Shown in pieces: positions 17,354-26,835 of a DNA stretch of 30,144 nucleotides. Position numbers and translations under genes: made by a program. How positions within the stretch are numbered: position 1 is the stretch's first letter; each line of letters opens with the position of its first letter. This DNA is from a virus (taxonomy: Duplodnaviria > Caudoviricetes). The stretch lies in IMG/VR virus record IMGVR_UViG_3300020409_000054, positions 1 through 30,144 of that record; one strand, written 5' to 3'. The notes under the pieces were generated by a model, which saw nothing but the letters and a program-made list of their open reading frames with translations, was not told where the DNA came from and did no database searches.

Positions 17354-19525
17354 TTATCTTACCAATTTTTCTGAAACTTTTTTAACGTTTGTTCTGGTTC
17401 CGTTAAATGCTTTGAGATAACTATTTGCATTTTTTGATATCTTATCCATTTCGTTTTCAAAGAATGCAAAATCTTTTTCAAATTTTTCTCTTGGATCACC
17501 ATCAGGTAAATTTTCAGCACCAACCTTTGATATAATTTCATCTTTTGAAGCGCCGTTTAAGCTTAAATTTAATCCTTCCATTTTATTCATTGCCAGATCA
17601 AGATCTCTATCCAATTGCTTTTGAAAAGCTTCAGATTGAATAAGTTCATTTGCCTCACTTGGTGAAAGTATTTTTTTACCAGTTGAACTAGGCTCTGCAA
17701 TAACCGGTGGTTTAGCTATAGTCATTTGTGTTCTTATTGGCATTTCAGTAAATTCAGAAATATCTTCATATTTGTAAACTATTTTATATTTTGAAGTTAT
17801 GCCATCTCTTATTTTTTTAACTACATTGTACCCTGCGGCATCTTCAAGATTCCATTGATAGTCAGCATAGACTGGGTATTCAGGAAACGCTCTAAAAAAA
17901 CCTTCTAAAAATTTATCGAATGCATCTTCTTGTTGTTTATTTATTGGTGTTGATTCGGTTGCTATGAAAGTTAGTTTTAAACCAGTTTGAGAAAAATTAG
18001 TAAACTGAGCATTTCTTGGTACACTTACTGGTCTACCTCTTTGTATGTTACCAGCACGGGTTATGATGTAATGAGACTGTATACCATATAGTATTGCATT
18101 ATTTGTAACTTCTTGTAAACCAAAATCTTGTGCATCTAATCTGTTATTTTCTTCATGTATAAATTGTGCGTTTACTTTTTCCTCTGGACCGTACAGCTGT
18201 CCACTATGACCTAAAAATAATGCACCAATACTTTGATTATTAGAAAAACGTGGTCCTCTTATACTTTTATTTAATTCAGCTGTTATTTCATCTGGTGAAG
18301 ATACAAAACTAAATTCATAATCAGCAGGAGTATTGAATCCATCAAATTTTTCTATATTTGATATTGGATTGTTAATATTTGGAGTTGGAATATTAATGTT
18401 TGACGTTTTCTTTGTAAGTTTATGTAAATTAGTAAAACCACCTTCATCAATCATGTCAGGCACTTTCCCGTCAAAAAGATTTGATATGGCTTCTTTTTTC
18501 TTGTCACTAAACACTGGAAGTTTATCTACTATTTTTGTACCTACTTGTTTAATAACACCAAAAATACTATTTGCTTGTTTATGAGCCATAACGTTTTGTT
18601 TACTTCTTCCTATTCCAGAATTTATTCCAATTTGTTTTGTAACTTTGCTAATTGTCATTCCTAAACCCGAAAAACCAAAAAAACCTTGCTTTGCTTTTAC
18701 TATTTCAGTTACTTTTTTAAGTGCTTGTATTTTTGGACTTTGATTAGGTATAAGTGAAGTTTGACATTTTTTCGCATTAACAGCAAAATTTTCAGTGCTT
18801 AATAATCTTCTTTTATCAGGTGCCATTTTTGGAAATATTGTTTTTAATTTAGATTCGAGAAAACTCGGATTAGGATGAGTGATAATTTTCTTTTTTACTA
18901 AACTCGATCTTGCTGTACCTAACATACTTTGTATTGCAGAAGATTCAGTAATATTATTTAATAAGCCATCACCAAAAGTTGAACTTAATTTTGAAGGCAT
19001 CAATCTATTTGTGACAACAGTTCCTTCTTGTGCAAACTCGGATAAGCTTATAACTCCACCTGTTTCTCCGTTGGTATTATCAATTGTTACACTTTCATTA
19101 TTAAGTTTATTAAATTGTTGATCTTTAATTATTTGTTTATCTTCAGCACTTATAAAGCTCTTTCTTCTAGAATCAACATCTGATTTATATCTGTCGATAT
19201 TTACACTACCACCACTTGGTGGTATAAAAGGTCCTGTATAAATAACAACCATGTTTTCAGTTATTTTGCCAGATGCATATGTTGGTGGAAGTGTAACTGC
19301 ACCTGTATTTCTGTCATAATTATAAAAATAATCACCTCCAACCACTGGAATATACAGTGTACCTAACTCGCTTGTTCGAACACCGCCAACTTCAATTGGA
19401 GCCAGTCCATTTGGTGTTTGTACATACTGTACCGTATGTATGTGGCCAACTATTTGTATATCATCTTTATTGAGGCCTGGATCAATATATGTTAAGTAAG
19501 GTGATTCACCAACTTTTTCTGGCAT
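17354..19525 (-). CDS. Baseplate hub-associated protein with a degenerate Amidase_2 (T7 lysozyme/PGRP-like) domain
   Basis: LFLGHS..., GIQSHYIITRAGNIQRGRP and PINKQQ..AF motifs. Sits between the two gp5 halves. Confidence 0.55.
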   Translation of the reverse strand: MPEKVGESPYLTYIDPGLNKDDIQIVGHIHTVQYVQTPNGLAPIEVGGVRTSELGTLYIPVVGGDYFYNYDRNTGAVTLPPTYASGKITENMVVIYTGPFIPPSGGSVNIDRYKSDVDSRRKSFISAEDKQIIKDQQFNKLNNESVTIDNTNGETGGVISLSEFAQEGTVVTNRLMPSKLSSTFGDGLLNNITESSAIQSMLGTARSSLVKKKIITHPNPSFLESKLKTIFPKMAPDKRRLLSTENFAVNAKKCQTSLIPNQSPKIQALKKVTEIVKAKQGFFGFSGLGMTISKVTKQIGINSGIGRSKQNVMAHKQANSIFGVIKQVGTKIVDKLPVFSDKKKEAISNLFDGKVPDMIDEGGFTNLHKLTKKTSNINIPTPNINNPISNIEKFDGFNTPADYEFSFVSSPDEITAELNKSIRGPRFSNNQSIGALFLGHSGQLYGPEEKVNAQFIHEENNRLDAQDFGLQEVTNNAILYGIQSHYIITRAGNIQRGRPVSVPRNAQFTNFSQTGLKLTFIATESTPINKQQEDAFDKFLEGFFRAFPEYPVYADYQWNLEDAAGYNVVKKIRDGITSKYKIVYKYEDISEFTEMPIRTQMTIAKPPVIAEPSSTGKKILSPSEANELIQSEAFQKQLDRDLDLAMNKMEGLNLSLNGASKDEIISKVGAENLPDGDPREKFEKDFAFFENEMDKISKNANSYLKAFNGTRTNVKKVSEKLVR

Positions 19526-20424
19526 TATGCTGCTCCTTTATCTCCACTAATAAAAACATCTTTAACCTGTATTGCATAATTTATTCTGTCATCAATTTTA
19601 TTAGGTGCTCTATCTTCGATGGAACGTTCATACTTTTTTAACTGTTTATTATATTTAGCTACAACTCCTTGTGGTATTTCAAAATTTATTAAAAACTCTT
19701 CAGTTGCTGACTTTATTGTATTAGCTTGTCTTAGTAGTGCATCACCTAAATGTGGAAAAGTTTCAAGTTCATACTTTGTATATAAAAGTTGTGCTTCTAA
19801 ACTTAAGTAATCTAGCTTCAAAATATTAGTTGCATAGTTAATTAATCTGTTTAATCTACCAGTTGCAGGATTCCATTGAGCTATACCTATAGAACCTTCT
19901 GATTCATTTTTAGCTTTTGGATCGACAGTTACACCAGATTCAACCATGAAGTTTCCAACTATGCCACAAGCTTGAATTAAACTATAGTTACCACCTGCCG
20001 GTGATGTGAAAAAGTTTACACATTTTTCTATATTTGAATTACCATCTAAAACAAAATCTATATTAGTGGCACCGGATGGATATTTTTCTGTGACGCTACT
20101 TGATGTTTCATTAACAATGGATTCTATTTTTGGTATTGATCCTACAACTAACGGAAGTTGCGAATCATCGCCATCTAAAAATATTCCATACACTTGAGCT
20201 CTTGGTTTTAAACTTGAATTTGAACCTAGTCCAGAACTTCCACCTTCAGTAACTGGTATTACTACCTGAGCCCATGGTAAATCATCATTAGGTATCATCT
20301 TTGTATCAGAAGTATGAATGCCTTGTATTCTAACTTTAACACGATCTAGTCTTAAAGGATCATTAACGTCAACAACAATACCAATAAACCACCTACTTTT
20401 ATCGCCGTAATAAATTCTACTCAT
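19525..20424 (-). CDS. gp5: gp5 N-terminal OB-fold fused to a phage tail lysozyme domain
   Basis: WFIGIVVDVNDPLRLDRVKVRIQGIH...DDLPWAQV...V.GIFLDGDDSQLPLVVGSIP, then ACGIVGNFMVESG...GIAQW. Confidence 0.85.
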   Translation of the reverse strand: MSRIYYGDKSRWFIGIVVDVNDPLRLDRVKVRIQGIHTSDTKMIPNDDLPWAQVVIPVTEGGSSGLGSNSSLKPRAQVYGIFLDGDDSQLPLVVGSIPKIESIVNETSSSVTEKYPSGATNIDFVLDGNSNIEKCVNFFTSPAGGNYSLIQACGIVGNFMVESGVTVDPKAKNESEGSIGIAQWNPATGRLNRLINYATNILKLDYLSLEAQLLYTKYELETFPHLGDALLRQANTIKSATEEFLINFEIPQGVVAKYNKQLKKYERSIEDRAPNKIDDRINYAIQVKDVFISGDKGAA

Positions 20425-21770
20425 ATTACAAAGTCCTCACCTAAACCACCTAGTCTACCACAATATAAAGTACTTTTAATATCACTTAAGTCAAATGCAT
20501 GTCTTGCAGCGTATACAAGATAATCGCCAGACTTTTTTGTATCAAATTTAAGTTGACCCGTATCTTCTGTTGTACTAACATGATCTAAAAACAATATTCT
20601 AATCATTCTACCGATTGTGTAATTATTATCACCTGTCATAAATTCTCTACCTTTTACGGTTATTTGTATTGGTGACTTAATTAGAAAAGATTTTACTGAT
20701 TCAGATATCACTTTTTTCTTATGTTCACCATCGACATCTTCATCTTGATAACTTTTAAAATCGTTACCGCCATTCCTAAAAGCTCCCGTAGATGACATTT
20801 GAGTTATATTTTTTGTTTCATGTTGTGAAAACTTTTTATCGTTAAATTTATAATCTGGTGCATATACAAATCTTTCATTTGAACCACCTAGTTTATTTTC
20901 ATTTGATAATTCTCGAAAAACATCTTCAACATCAAATTTAACTTTGATAGGTGTTGCTGTTGTAGTATCATAAAATTCATATGATGATCCAACTAATCCT
21001 TGATTCATAATATCAAGTAAATCTTCAGTATTTTCTATTTTAAAATCTAAAATATTATAAAATTTTTGTGTACTAAGTGATGAAGTATTTAAACTAGGTG
21101 CAAATATAAAAGGTCTATTTATATTAATAGGGTTTTCTCCTAACATATCACCTAAATCTCTTAATATGAAATTATCTACACCTAACGTTGTATATAAGTA
21201 AAAAGGTAATCCTAACTCAGAAAGAGCTCTTTTTTTAATCCACATTGCTGATTGTAAAGGATTTAAATTTGGTATAATAACTTTAAAATCATTTATCTTT
21301 TCATCACCTATTACTGCTGTTGGTTTTTCTAAGTATTCATTTAATAATTTACTAATTATTGAAGTAGGTCTACCTTTATATGATCTATTAACATTTTGTA
21401 AAGAAGCTTTTAATGCATGATATTCTACACAGTGAAGTTTTATTGAATCGGTTGTTTCATCTGCTCTTATTGTATTATCAATAGATTTAATTAAAAATTC
21501 TTTTTTTATAGTATTACCAGTAGATAACTCCTCAACTTGTTGAAACTCTATTTCTAATTTTTCACCACCTTGAAAATCAAAATCCATTATAATATTATTT
21601 CTATCTACCATTATAAAATTAGCGGTTAGATAAGGAATCTCAATATTTTCATAAATCTGAAATGATACAATTACATTTTTAAGATCAACTTCTATATTTG
21701 ATAATCTATCACTTGTAGATAATACAGCAGACACTATTTTATATTCTGTATTATTTTCAATGGCATACAT
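20421..21770 (-). CDS. Probable baseplate hub protein (gp27-like position)
   Basis: 449 aa. FQIYENIE.PYL.A, IIPNLNPL.A..W and KKSGDYLV...RH.F motifs. Lies between gp53 and gp5. Confidence 0.55.
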   Translation of the reverse strand: MYAIENNTEYKIVSAVLSTSDRLSNIEVDLKNVIVSFQIYENIEIPYLTANFIMVDRNNIIMDFDFQGGEKLEIEFQQVEELSTGNTIKKEFLIKSIDNTIRADETTDSIKLHCVEYHALKASLQNVNRSYKGRPTSIISKLLNEYLEKPTAVIGDEKINDFKVIIPNLNPLQSAMWIKKRALSELGLPFYLYTTLGVDNFILRDLGDMLGENPININRPFIFAPSLNTSSLSTQKFYNILDFKIENTEDLLDIMNQGLVGSSYEFYDTTTATPIKVKFDVEDVFRELSNENKLGGSNERFVYAPDYKFNDKKFSQHETKNITQMSSTGAFRNGGNDFKSYQDEDVDGEHKKKVISESVKSFLIKSPIQITVKGREFMTGDNNYTIGRMIRILFLDHVSTTEDTGQLKFDTKKSGDYLVYAARHAFDLSDIKSTLYCGRLGGLGEDFVI

Positions 21771-21771
21771 A

Positions 21772-22515
21772 TTAAACTCTTAAAGCTTTTTTATAACTTC
21801 CAATTAAGGTTGTGATGAGTGATGGTCTAATTACTTTGATTTGTTTTAAACTTTCGTTTACAGCATAGTAACCTTGTTCATTAGTTATTTCATTTACACC
21901 GACACCGGGATTTAATAAATTACCAGTAGCACTGTCAACACCTACATCTACTACACCAGAAGTGTCTGTATAATATGATGCAGCTAATCTTTCATCTATT
22001 GAAGAAGTAACATTTACTGTTTCTGTTATTCCTTGAGAATTTACTGATGATACTATTTCTCCATCTGCAGTAAAATTAACTTCACCTTCTATAACTATTT
22101 GACCTAACATAAAGTTTCTTTTTATTATTTTTCCAGATGCGCCTGAAGTATTACCAGTTACAGTTTGGCCAACTTTAAACTTAGTTGAAATGTTTTCACG
22201 TGTATTCAAAACAGTATTTGGAAATATTTTTTTAATGTATCTTTGAAACTCAGTATTAGTCAAAGGCCATCCTTGCTGGCGAATTTTATCATTAAGTAGA
22301 TAGAAAGTCCAATAGTAAAGTGTTGTTCCATAAATTTGTAATGATACTTGATCAGGCCTATCACCTTCTCTAATATTGTAATAAGTTAAAAAAGCAATAT
22401 CGTCTTTTATTTGATCAATCACATCAACATATTTTGAAATATCAGGAGTTATAGATGCTAGTTCATTATTGCCAAACGAATATGCTACATCACCAAAATC
22501 TTTAAAAAAATCCAT
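21772..22515 (-). CDS. gp53: Baseplate wedge subunit gp53
   Basis: YNIREGDRPDQVSLQIYG...YYWTFYLLN......WPL and NESLKQIKVIRP motifs. Confidence 0.88.
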   Translation of the reverse strand: MDFFKDFGDVAYSFGNNELASITPDISKYVDVIDQIKDDIAFLTYYNIREGDRPDQVSLQIYGTTLYYWTFYLLNDKIRQQGWPLTNTEFQRYIKKIFPNTVLNTRENISTKFKVGQTVTGNTSGASGKIIKRNFMLGQIVIEGEVNFTADGEIVSSVNSQGITETVNVTSSIDERLAASYYTDTSGVVDVGVDSATGNLLNPGVGVNEITNEQGYYAVNESLKQIKVIRPSLITTLIGSYKKALRV

Positions 22516-23870
22516 TAGAAACCGTCCTTAATATCTTTTTTATTTAATGTTCTATATTCAACAAAACTTAAAGTTAAATCTATTTCATTAGGTTGGCCAT
22601 CTCTTCTAAAAGTTCCACCTGTTGGATTAACTGTAGTGCTTACATTTCTTAAATAACAAAGTTGCATTCTTGGTATTCTTAAATTTTCGCCACCTTTGTA
22701 TTTAAAATTAATTTGAAAAAGATTTGGAAATTGATAACCTAAGTCTGCCGAAACCGCATCATTAATGTTTACTGGAAATGTAGAAGGATACATATTCCTT
22801 CTAAAATGTTGTACAATCTGTTGAGCAATTGCTGCTTCTTGTTGCGATTCTGGAATCATTTTAAATTGAAAAGTAAATTCTCTTAATGCTACACCTCTAA
22901 ATAAAGCTCTAACGTTTGGATTTACAATCGCTCGGTTTGTTAGTCTTAATGCATTTGCTACACCACTATTTAAGAAAGAACCTAAATCAATTGCTCTTGC
23001 AGCACCAACTCTTAATGCTGCTTCAGTTAATTGTTTATTTCCTGTCATTAAATCAAATATACTTTCTACACCCTGATTAGCTGCGCCAACAACACTTGCA
23101 AGTGCACCTGCACCAGATCTTACTAAAGCTTCAGCCGCAGCACCTGTAGCACCTAAATCTGCACCGTCATATTGAGCGTTATCGTTAAACTGCATAGTTA
23201 ACGGAAAGTACATATCAACTACTGGTTCACCAGATACTAATTGTTCTTTCAACCCACCTAATATAACTCTTGAACTTACATCAACAAACTCACTTTCAGT
23301 TAATTTATCAAGATACTTTCCACCAGTACCTAATATTTTACTCGCTATTGATGCGTTTCGGCCAGCCGCGTCAGCATTTATGATATCATCTATATTATCG
23401 TAATCTTCATCATCACCTACATCTTCAAAACCTATATCAATATCATCAGCAGTTTCTGTTCTTACAACGTCATCACTTTTTGCTACAAATTTTAAATTAT
23501 CTTTTGCTATTGAAGCAAATTTCTTTTGATTCTTTCCATCAACTTTTGGTGCAAATGTTTTCATAGTAAAAGTAACACGTGCTTGATATGCGGGATTTGA
23601 ATTTTCTAGTGGATATGCTAAAGTTGGACCAACTCCTCCATAACTTTCATTTTGTACGGCATTTACGTCATTGTCTTGAGATCTTATTGTTGATGTTGGT
23701 TTTATATTCCTAGCAAATTCATCTGTTATCGAACCCTCTGCCCCTGTCACAAATTGTGTATTGTTAGAAGATGGGCCATAGGGTGAATATGGATTGCCTC
23801 CAGCAAAATCTGAAAAATCTACATTATCAGTCGCAAGACCCGGAATCGGTATATTATTAGGAACTGGCAT
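22515..23870 (-). CDS. gp48: Baseplate tail-tube cap gp48
   Basis: LAYPL, NPNVRALFRGVALREFTFQFKMIPES.QEA, FPNLFQI, CYLRNV and IDLTLSFVE motifs. Confidence 0.85.
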   Translation of the reverse strand: MPVPNNIPIPGLATDNVDFSDFAGGNPYSPYGPSSNNTQFVTGAEGSITDEFARNIKPTSTIRSQDNDVNAVQNESYGGVGPTLAYPLENSNPAYQARVTFTMKTFAPKVDGKNQKKFASIAKDNLKFVAKSDDVVRTETADDIDIGFEDVGDDEDYDNIDDIINADAAGRNASIASKILGTGGKYLDKLTESEFVDVSSRVILGGLKEQLVSGEPVVDMYFPLTMQFNDNAQYDGADLGATGAAAEALVRSGAGALASVVGAANQGVESIFDLMTGNKQLTEAALRVGAARAIDLGSFLNSGVANALRLTNRAIVNPNVRALFRGVALREFTFQFKMIPESQQEAAIAQQIVQHFRRNMYPSTFPVNINDAVSADLGYQFPNLFQINFKYKGGENLRIPRMQLCYLRNVSTTVNPTGGTFRRDGQPNEIDLTLSFVEYRTLNKKDIKDGF

Positions 23871-23880
23871 TTTTTATCCT

Positions 23881-23888
23881 TATAGATA
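23881..23888 (+). promoter_or_regulatory. Possible variant late promoter TATAGATA for gp4
   Basis: One mismatch to TATAAATA, intergenic, 35 nt before the gp4 ATG. Confidence 0.45.
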
Positions 23889-23906
23889 TATTAAATATTA
23901 TTTTTC

Positions 23907-23914
23907 TATTTATA
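23907..23914 (-). promoter_or_regulatory. T4-type late promoter TATAAATA for the gp48 operon
   Basis: Exact motif, context GTTATAAATAGA, in the divergent gp48/gp4 gap. Confidence 0.8.
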
Positions 23915-23923
23915 ACAAAAAAC

Positions 23924-24427
23924 ATGGCTTATTCTGGTAGATACTCAATCAAAAATGCATCTAAGTATAAAGGTGATGTTAATAATATAATATATAGGTC
24001 TTTATGGGAAAAGGCAGTTTTCCAGTGGTGTGATAAGAATCCTAAAGTTAAACAGTGGAGTTCAGAAGAAATCATCATTCCCTATTACTATGAAGTTGAT
24101 AAAAAATATCATAGGTATTTTCCCGATATGAAGATAGTAATGGAAGATAAAACAATTTTAGTTGAAATTAAACCTGAAAAAGAAACACATCCACCAACCG
24201 GCCAAAGAAGAACAAAACAATATATTGCTGAAGGATTGTCATATATTCGTAACATGAATAAATGGGAAGCAGCAAATGATTATGCAAAAGATCGTGGTTG
24301 GGACTTTCAGATATGGACAGAAAAAACATTACAAGAAATGAAATTACTACAAGGTCCAGCACCGGGTAAACTAGGTAAATATAAACCATATAAACCTTTT
24401 CGAAAAAAACGTAGAAAAAAGTTATAA
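23924..24427 (+). CDS. gp4: Head completion nuclease gp4
   Basis: MAYSGRY...N..KYKGD..NIIYRSLWE, WSSEE..IPY, HRYFPD, VEIKP and N..KWEAA motifs. Confidence 0.92.
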   Translation: MAYSGRYSIKNASKYKGDVNNIIYRSLWEKAVFQWCDKNPKVKQWSSEEIIIPYYYEVDKKYHRYFPDMKIVMEDKTILVEIKPEKETHPPTGQRRTKQYIAEGLSYIRNMNKWEAANDYAKDRGWDFQIWTEKTLQEMKLLQGPAPGKLGKYKPYKPFRKKRRKKL

Positions 24428-24430
24428 ATA
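24423..24430 (+). promoter_or_regulatory. T4-type late promoter TATAAATA overlapping the gp4 stop codon
   Basis: Exact motif, context GTTATAAATAG, 5 nt before the next ATG. Confidence 0.75.
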
Positions 24431-24435
24431 GTCTT

Positions 24436-24852
24436 ATGAGTAATTGTTTTCATTTAGCTGTAGAAGGTGGTAAGTTGGAACTAACGCTACCTTTTTACAC
24501 AACTATATTAGGTTGCGAACTTGGTCCTTCTGAAGAAGGTAAATGGCAAGACATTGATTTTTGGGGTAATGAATTAACATTACATGAAAGTGAACCAAGA
24601 AAGCAAAAGTCTTCAGATCGTGAAAGACATGATGTTGATATGGGTGCAGTATGTGTACCACACTTTGGTGTACATTTACCGTGGGACATTTATACTAAAG
24701 TAAAAAAGAATGTAGAATCATCTGTAGGTTTTTATGATAAACCGTATATAAGATTTGAAGGTAAAGAAACACAACAAGAAACTTTTTTTGTTGAAGATCC
24801 AAACTTTAATATGTTAGAAATTAAGAGTATACAAGGTACATATTATGAGTAA
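24436..24852 (+). CDS. VOC family (glyoxalase/bleomycin resistance/extradiol dioxygenase-like) protein
   Basis: FHLA, FY..ILGC..G, W.DIDFWGNELTLH, VPHFGV, PYIRFEG...Q.TFFVEDP.FN.LEIK. Metal-type residues H, H and E are present. Confidence 0.85.
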   Translation: MSNCFHLAVEGGKLELTLPFYTTILGCELGPSEEGKWQDIDFWGNELTLHESEPRKQKSSDRERHDVDMGAVCVPHFGVHLPWDIYTKVKKNVESSVGFYDKPYIRFEGKETQQETFFVEDPNFNMLEIKSIQGTYYE

Positions 24853-25435
24853 TCTTTTTCAGAAACTTGAACTTGAAGCTTTTCGTGCCGGAATAAATCC
24901 ACGTACACAAGAATCAAGAGAATGGTTTCGTAGAAGAATACAAAGATTAACGAGAATAAATCGAGATGCTCTAATGAGAGAACAAGAAATAAATCGTAGA
25001 GCATCTCATAGTTATGGTTCAATGTTTATGTATTTTTATGATCCAAAACATAAAAAGAAATTACCTTACTATGACAGATTTCCATTAACTATACCAGTTG
25101 AGCCAGCTGAAGGCGGATTCCGTGGAATTAATTTACACTACTTACCTCCAGTTCTAAGAGCAAAATTTTTAGATGCATTATTAAATGTAACAAATAATAA
25201 AAAGTATGATGAATCTACAAAATTTAGATTAACGTATGAACTACTAAATGGAACTAGAAATTTAAGATACTTCAAACCTTGTTTCAAACATTATTTACTA
25301 TCACAGGTAAAATCAAGATTTGCAGAAGTTCCTGCACCAGAATGGGAAATAGCAACATTTTTGCCAACCGCACAATGGGAAAAAGCTTCTGCCGGTCGTG
25401 TTTATCAAGATTCAAGAAAGGCATCAAATGGCTAA
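24845..25435 (+). CDS. gp2: DNA end protector protein gp2
   Basis: MFMYFYDPKHKKKLPYYDRFPL, GF.GINLHYLPP..RA.FL, PCFKHYL and WEIA.FLPT motifs. Confidence 0.92.
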   Translation: MSNLFQKLELEAFRAGINPRTQESREWFRRRIQRLTRINRDALMREQEINRRASHSYGSMFMYFYDPKHKKKLPYYDRFPLTIPVEPAEGGFRGINLHYLPPVLRAKFLDALLNVTNNKKYDESTKFRLTYELLNGTRNLRYFKPCFKHYLLSQVKSRFAEVPAPEWEIATFLPTAQWEKASAGRVYQDSRKASNG

Positions 25436-26108
25436 TAGTATAGAAGATATTAAAGCATTAGCGAATACAAAACTTGGATTTGCAAGAAGTAATAAATTTT
25501 TAGTTACATTACCAAGTATCGGTCCTGGTGGTGGAATATTCACAGGGATACAAGCACTTTTCAATAGTAATGGTGGAGGTGCAAGTCCAAGAGAACTTAA
25601 TATTTTATGTTCAAATGCCACTATGCCCGGCAAACAAATATTAACAAATGATCGTAGAATTGGTATGGAATTTCAAAAAATGGCGTATGGGTACGCAGTA
25701 GATGATATATCCATGACATTTTACTTAATGAATGATTATGGAGTAAAAGATTATTTTGACAGTTGGAGATCAACTGTTATAGATGAAAATGGTATGAGTT
25801 CAAATTATAAAAACGAATACTCATATACAATAAGCATACATCAATTAAGACAACCATTAAAAGGTTTTAGTAGACAAGTAGGACCTATTAGATTTAATGC
25901 TGGATTAGGCGGTGGAAGTGTTTATTCAGTTGACTTATTAGAAGCTTTTCCTATAGCAACTAATGCTATTGAGTTAACTAATGACTTAGACGGTTTGGTA
26001 CAATTAACTGTAACATTTGCGTATACAAACTGGAGAAGAACAAGAGGGGTGCAAAACTTTATCAATATGGATATTGACACACCTCTCGGTGGAATTGATA
26101 TACTATAA
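25428..26108 (+). CDS. Tail tube initiator (gp54-like, gp19 tube fold)
   Basis: GFARSNKF.V, LCSNATMPG, I.MTFY, YFDSW, LLEAFP and QLTVTFAY..W motifs. Start moved to ATG 25428, which overlaps the end of gp2, from the track's 25398. Confidence 0.7.
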   Translation: MANSIEDIKALANTKLGFARSNKFLVTLPSIGPGGGIFTGIQALFNSNGGGASPRELNILCSNATMPGKQILTNDRRIGMEFQKMAYGYAVDDISMTFYLMNDYGVKDYFDSWRSTVIDENGMSSNYKNEYSYTISIHQLRQPLKGFSRQVGPIRFNAGLGGGSVYSVDLLEAFPIATNAIELTNDLDGLVQLTVTFAYTNWRRTRGVQNFINMDIDTPLGGIDIL

Positions 26109-26118
26109 GGAGTGAAAC

Positions 26119-26835
26119 ATGGCATTGCCAAAGTTAAACAATGATCAACCAGTTTATGAAATGGTTATTCCTTCTACTAAAGAAACTGTTAAGTACAGAC
26201 CTTTTTTAGTAAAAGAACAAAAAAGTATGTTAGTTGCATTTGAATCTCAAGATATGAAACAAATTTTAAATGCTATGTTACTAAGCATTGAATCTTGTAT
26301 TCCTGGGATTGATGTGAATAAGCTAGCAACTTTTGATGTAGACTATATGTTTACACAACTAAGATCAAAGTCAGTTGGAGAAACTTCAACTGTTCTTTAT
26401 GCTTGCGCAAAATGTAATGAACAAAATGAGGTTAAAATTAATCTTCAAGATGTAAGTATTGAAGATAAAGAAATTAAAAAACCTTTGATTGAAATTAATG
26501 ATGATATAAGTGTTCAAATGAAATATCCTACTTATGATGATATGATGGCATCTGATGTGTTTTCCGGAGAAAATATTTCAGTAACCAATGCACTTATGGA
26601 ATCAGTTAAAACTTGTATGCATTCGGTACAAACAAAAGAAGAAAATATTATATTAGCACATGAATCAAAAGAAGAAGTTGAAACTTTTATAAATTCACTT
26701 ACTAATCAACAATTAGAAAAGATAACTAATTTTGTTGAGAATCTTCCGACTTTAGCACATAATATTGATTTTGAGTGTATAAAGTGCAAGCATTTAAATA
26801 AAATAGAATTGAAAGGATTACAAGATTTTTTTTAG
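26119..26835 (+). CDS. gp26: Baseplate hub assembly protein gp26
   Basis: MALPKL, IPST...VKYRPFLVKEQK, LATFDVDYMF.QLRSKSVGE, two CxxC pairs and terminal GLQDFF. AAGGAG RBS. Confidence 0.9.
   Translation: MALPKLNNDQPVYEMVIPSTKETVKYRPFLVKEQKSMLVAFESQDMKQILNAMLLSIESCIPGIDVNKLATFDVDYMFTQLRSKSVGETSTVLYACAKCNEQNEVKINLQDVSIEDKEIKKPLIEINDDISVQMKYPTYDDMMASDVFSGENISVTNALMESVKTCMHSVQTKEENIILAHESKEEVETFINSLTNQQLEKITNFVENLPTLAHNIDFECIKCKHLNKIELKGLQDFF

Noticed and set aside
19237-19244. Exact TATAAATA on the plus strand inside the 723-aa gene
   Set aside because: Intragenic and antisense, lacks the G flank, and has no downstream gene. Expected by chance in AT-rich DNA.
25398-25427. Longer start for the gp54-like gene given in the track
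   Set aside because: A GTG start inside gp2. The ATG at 25428 (MANSI) overlapping the end of gp2 is more plausible.
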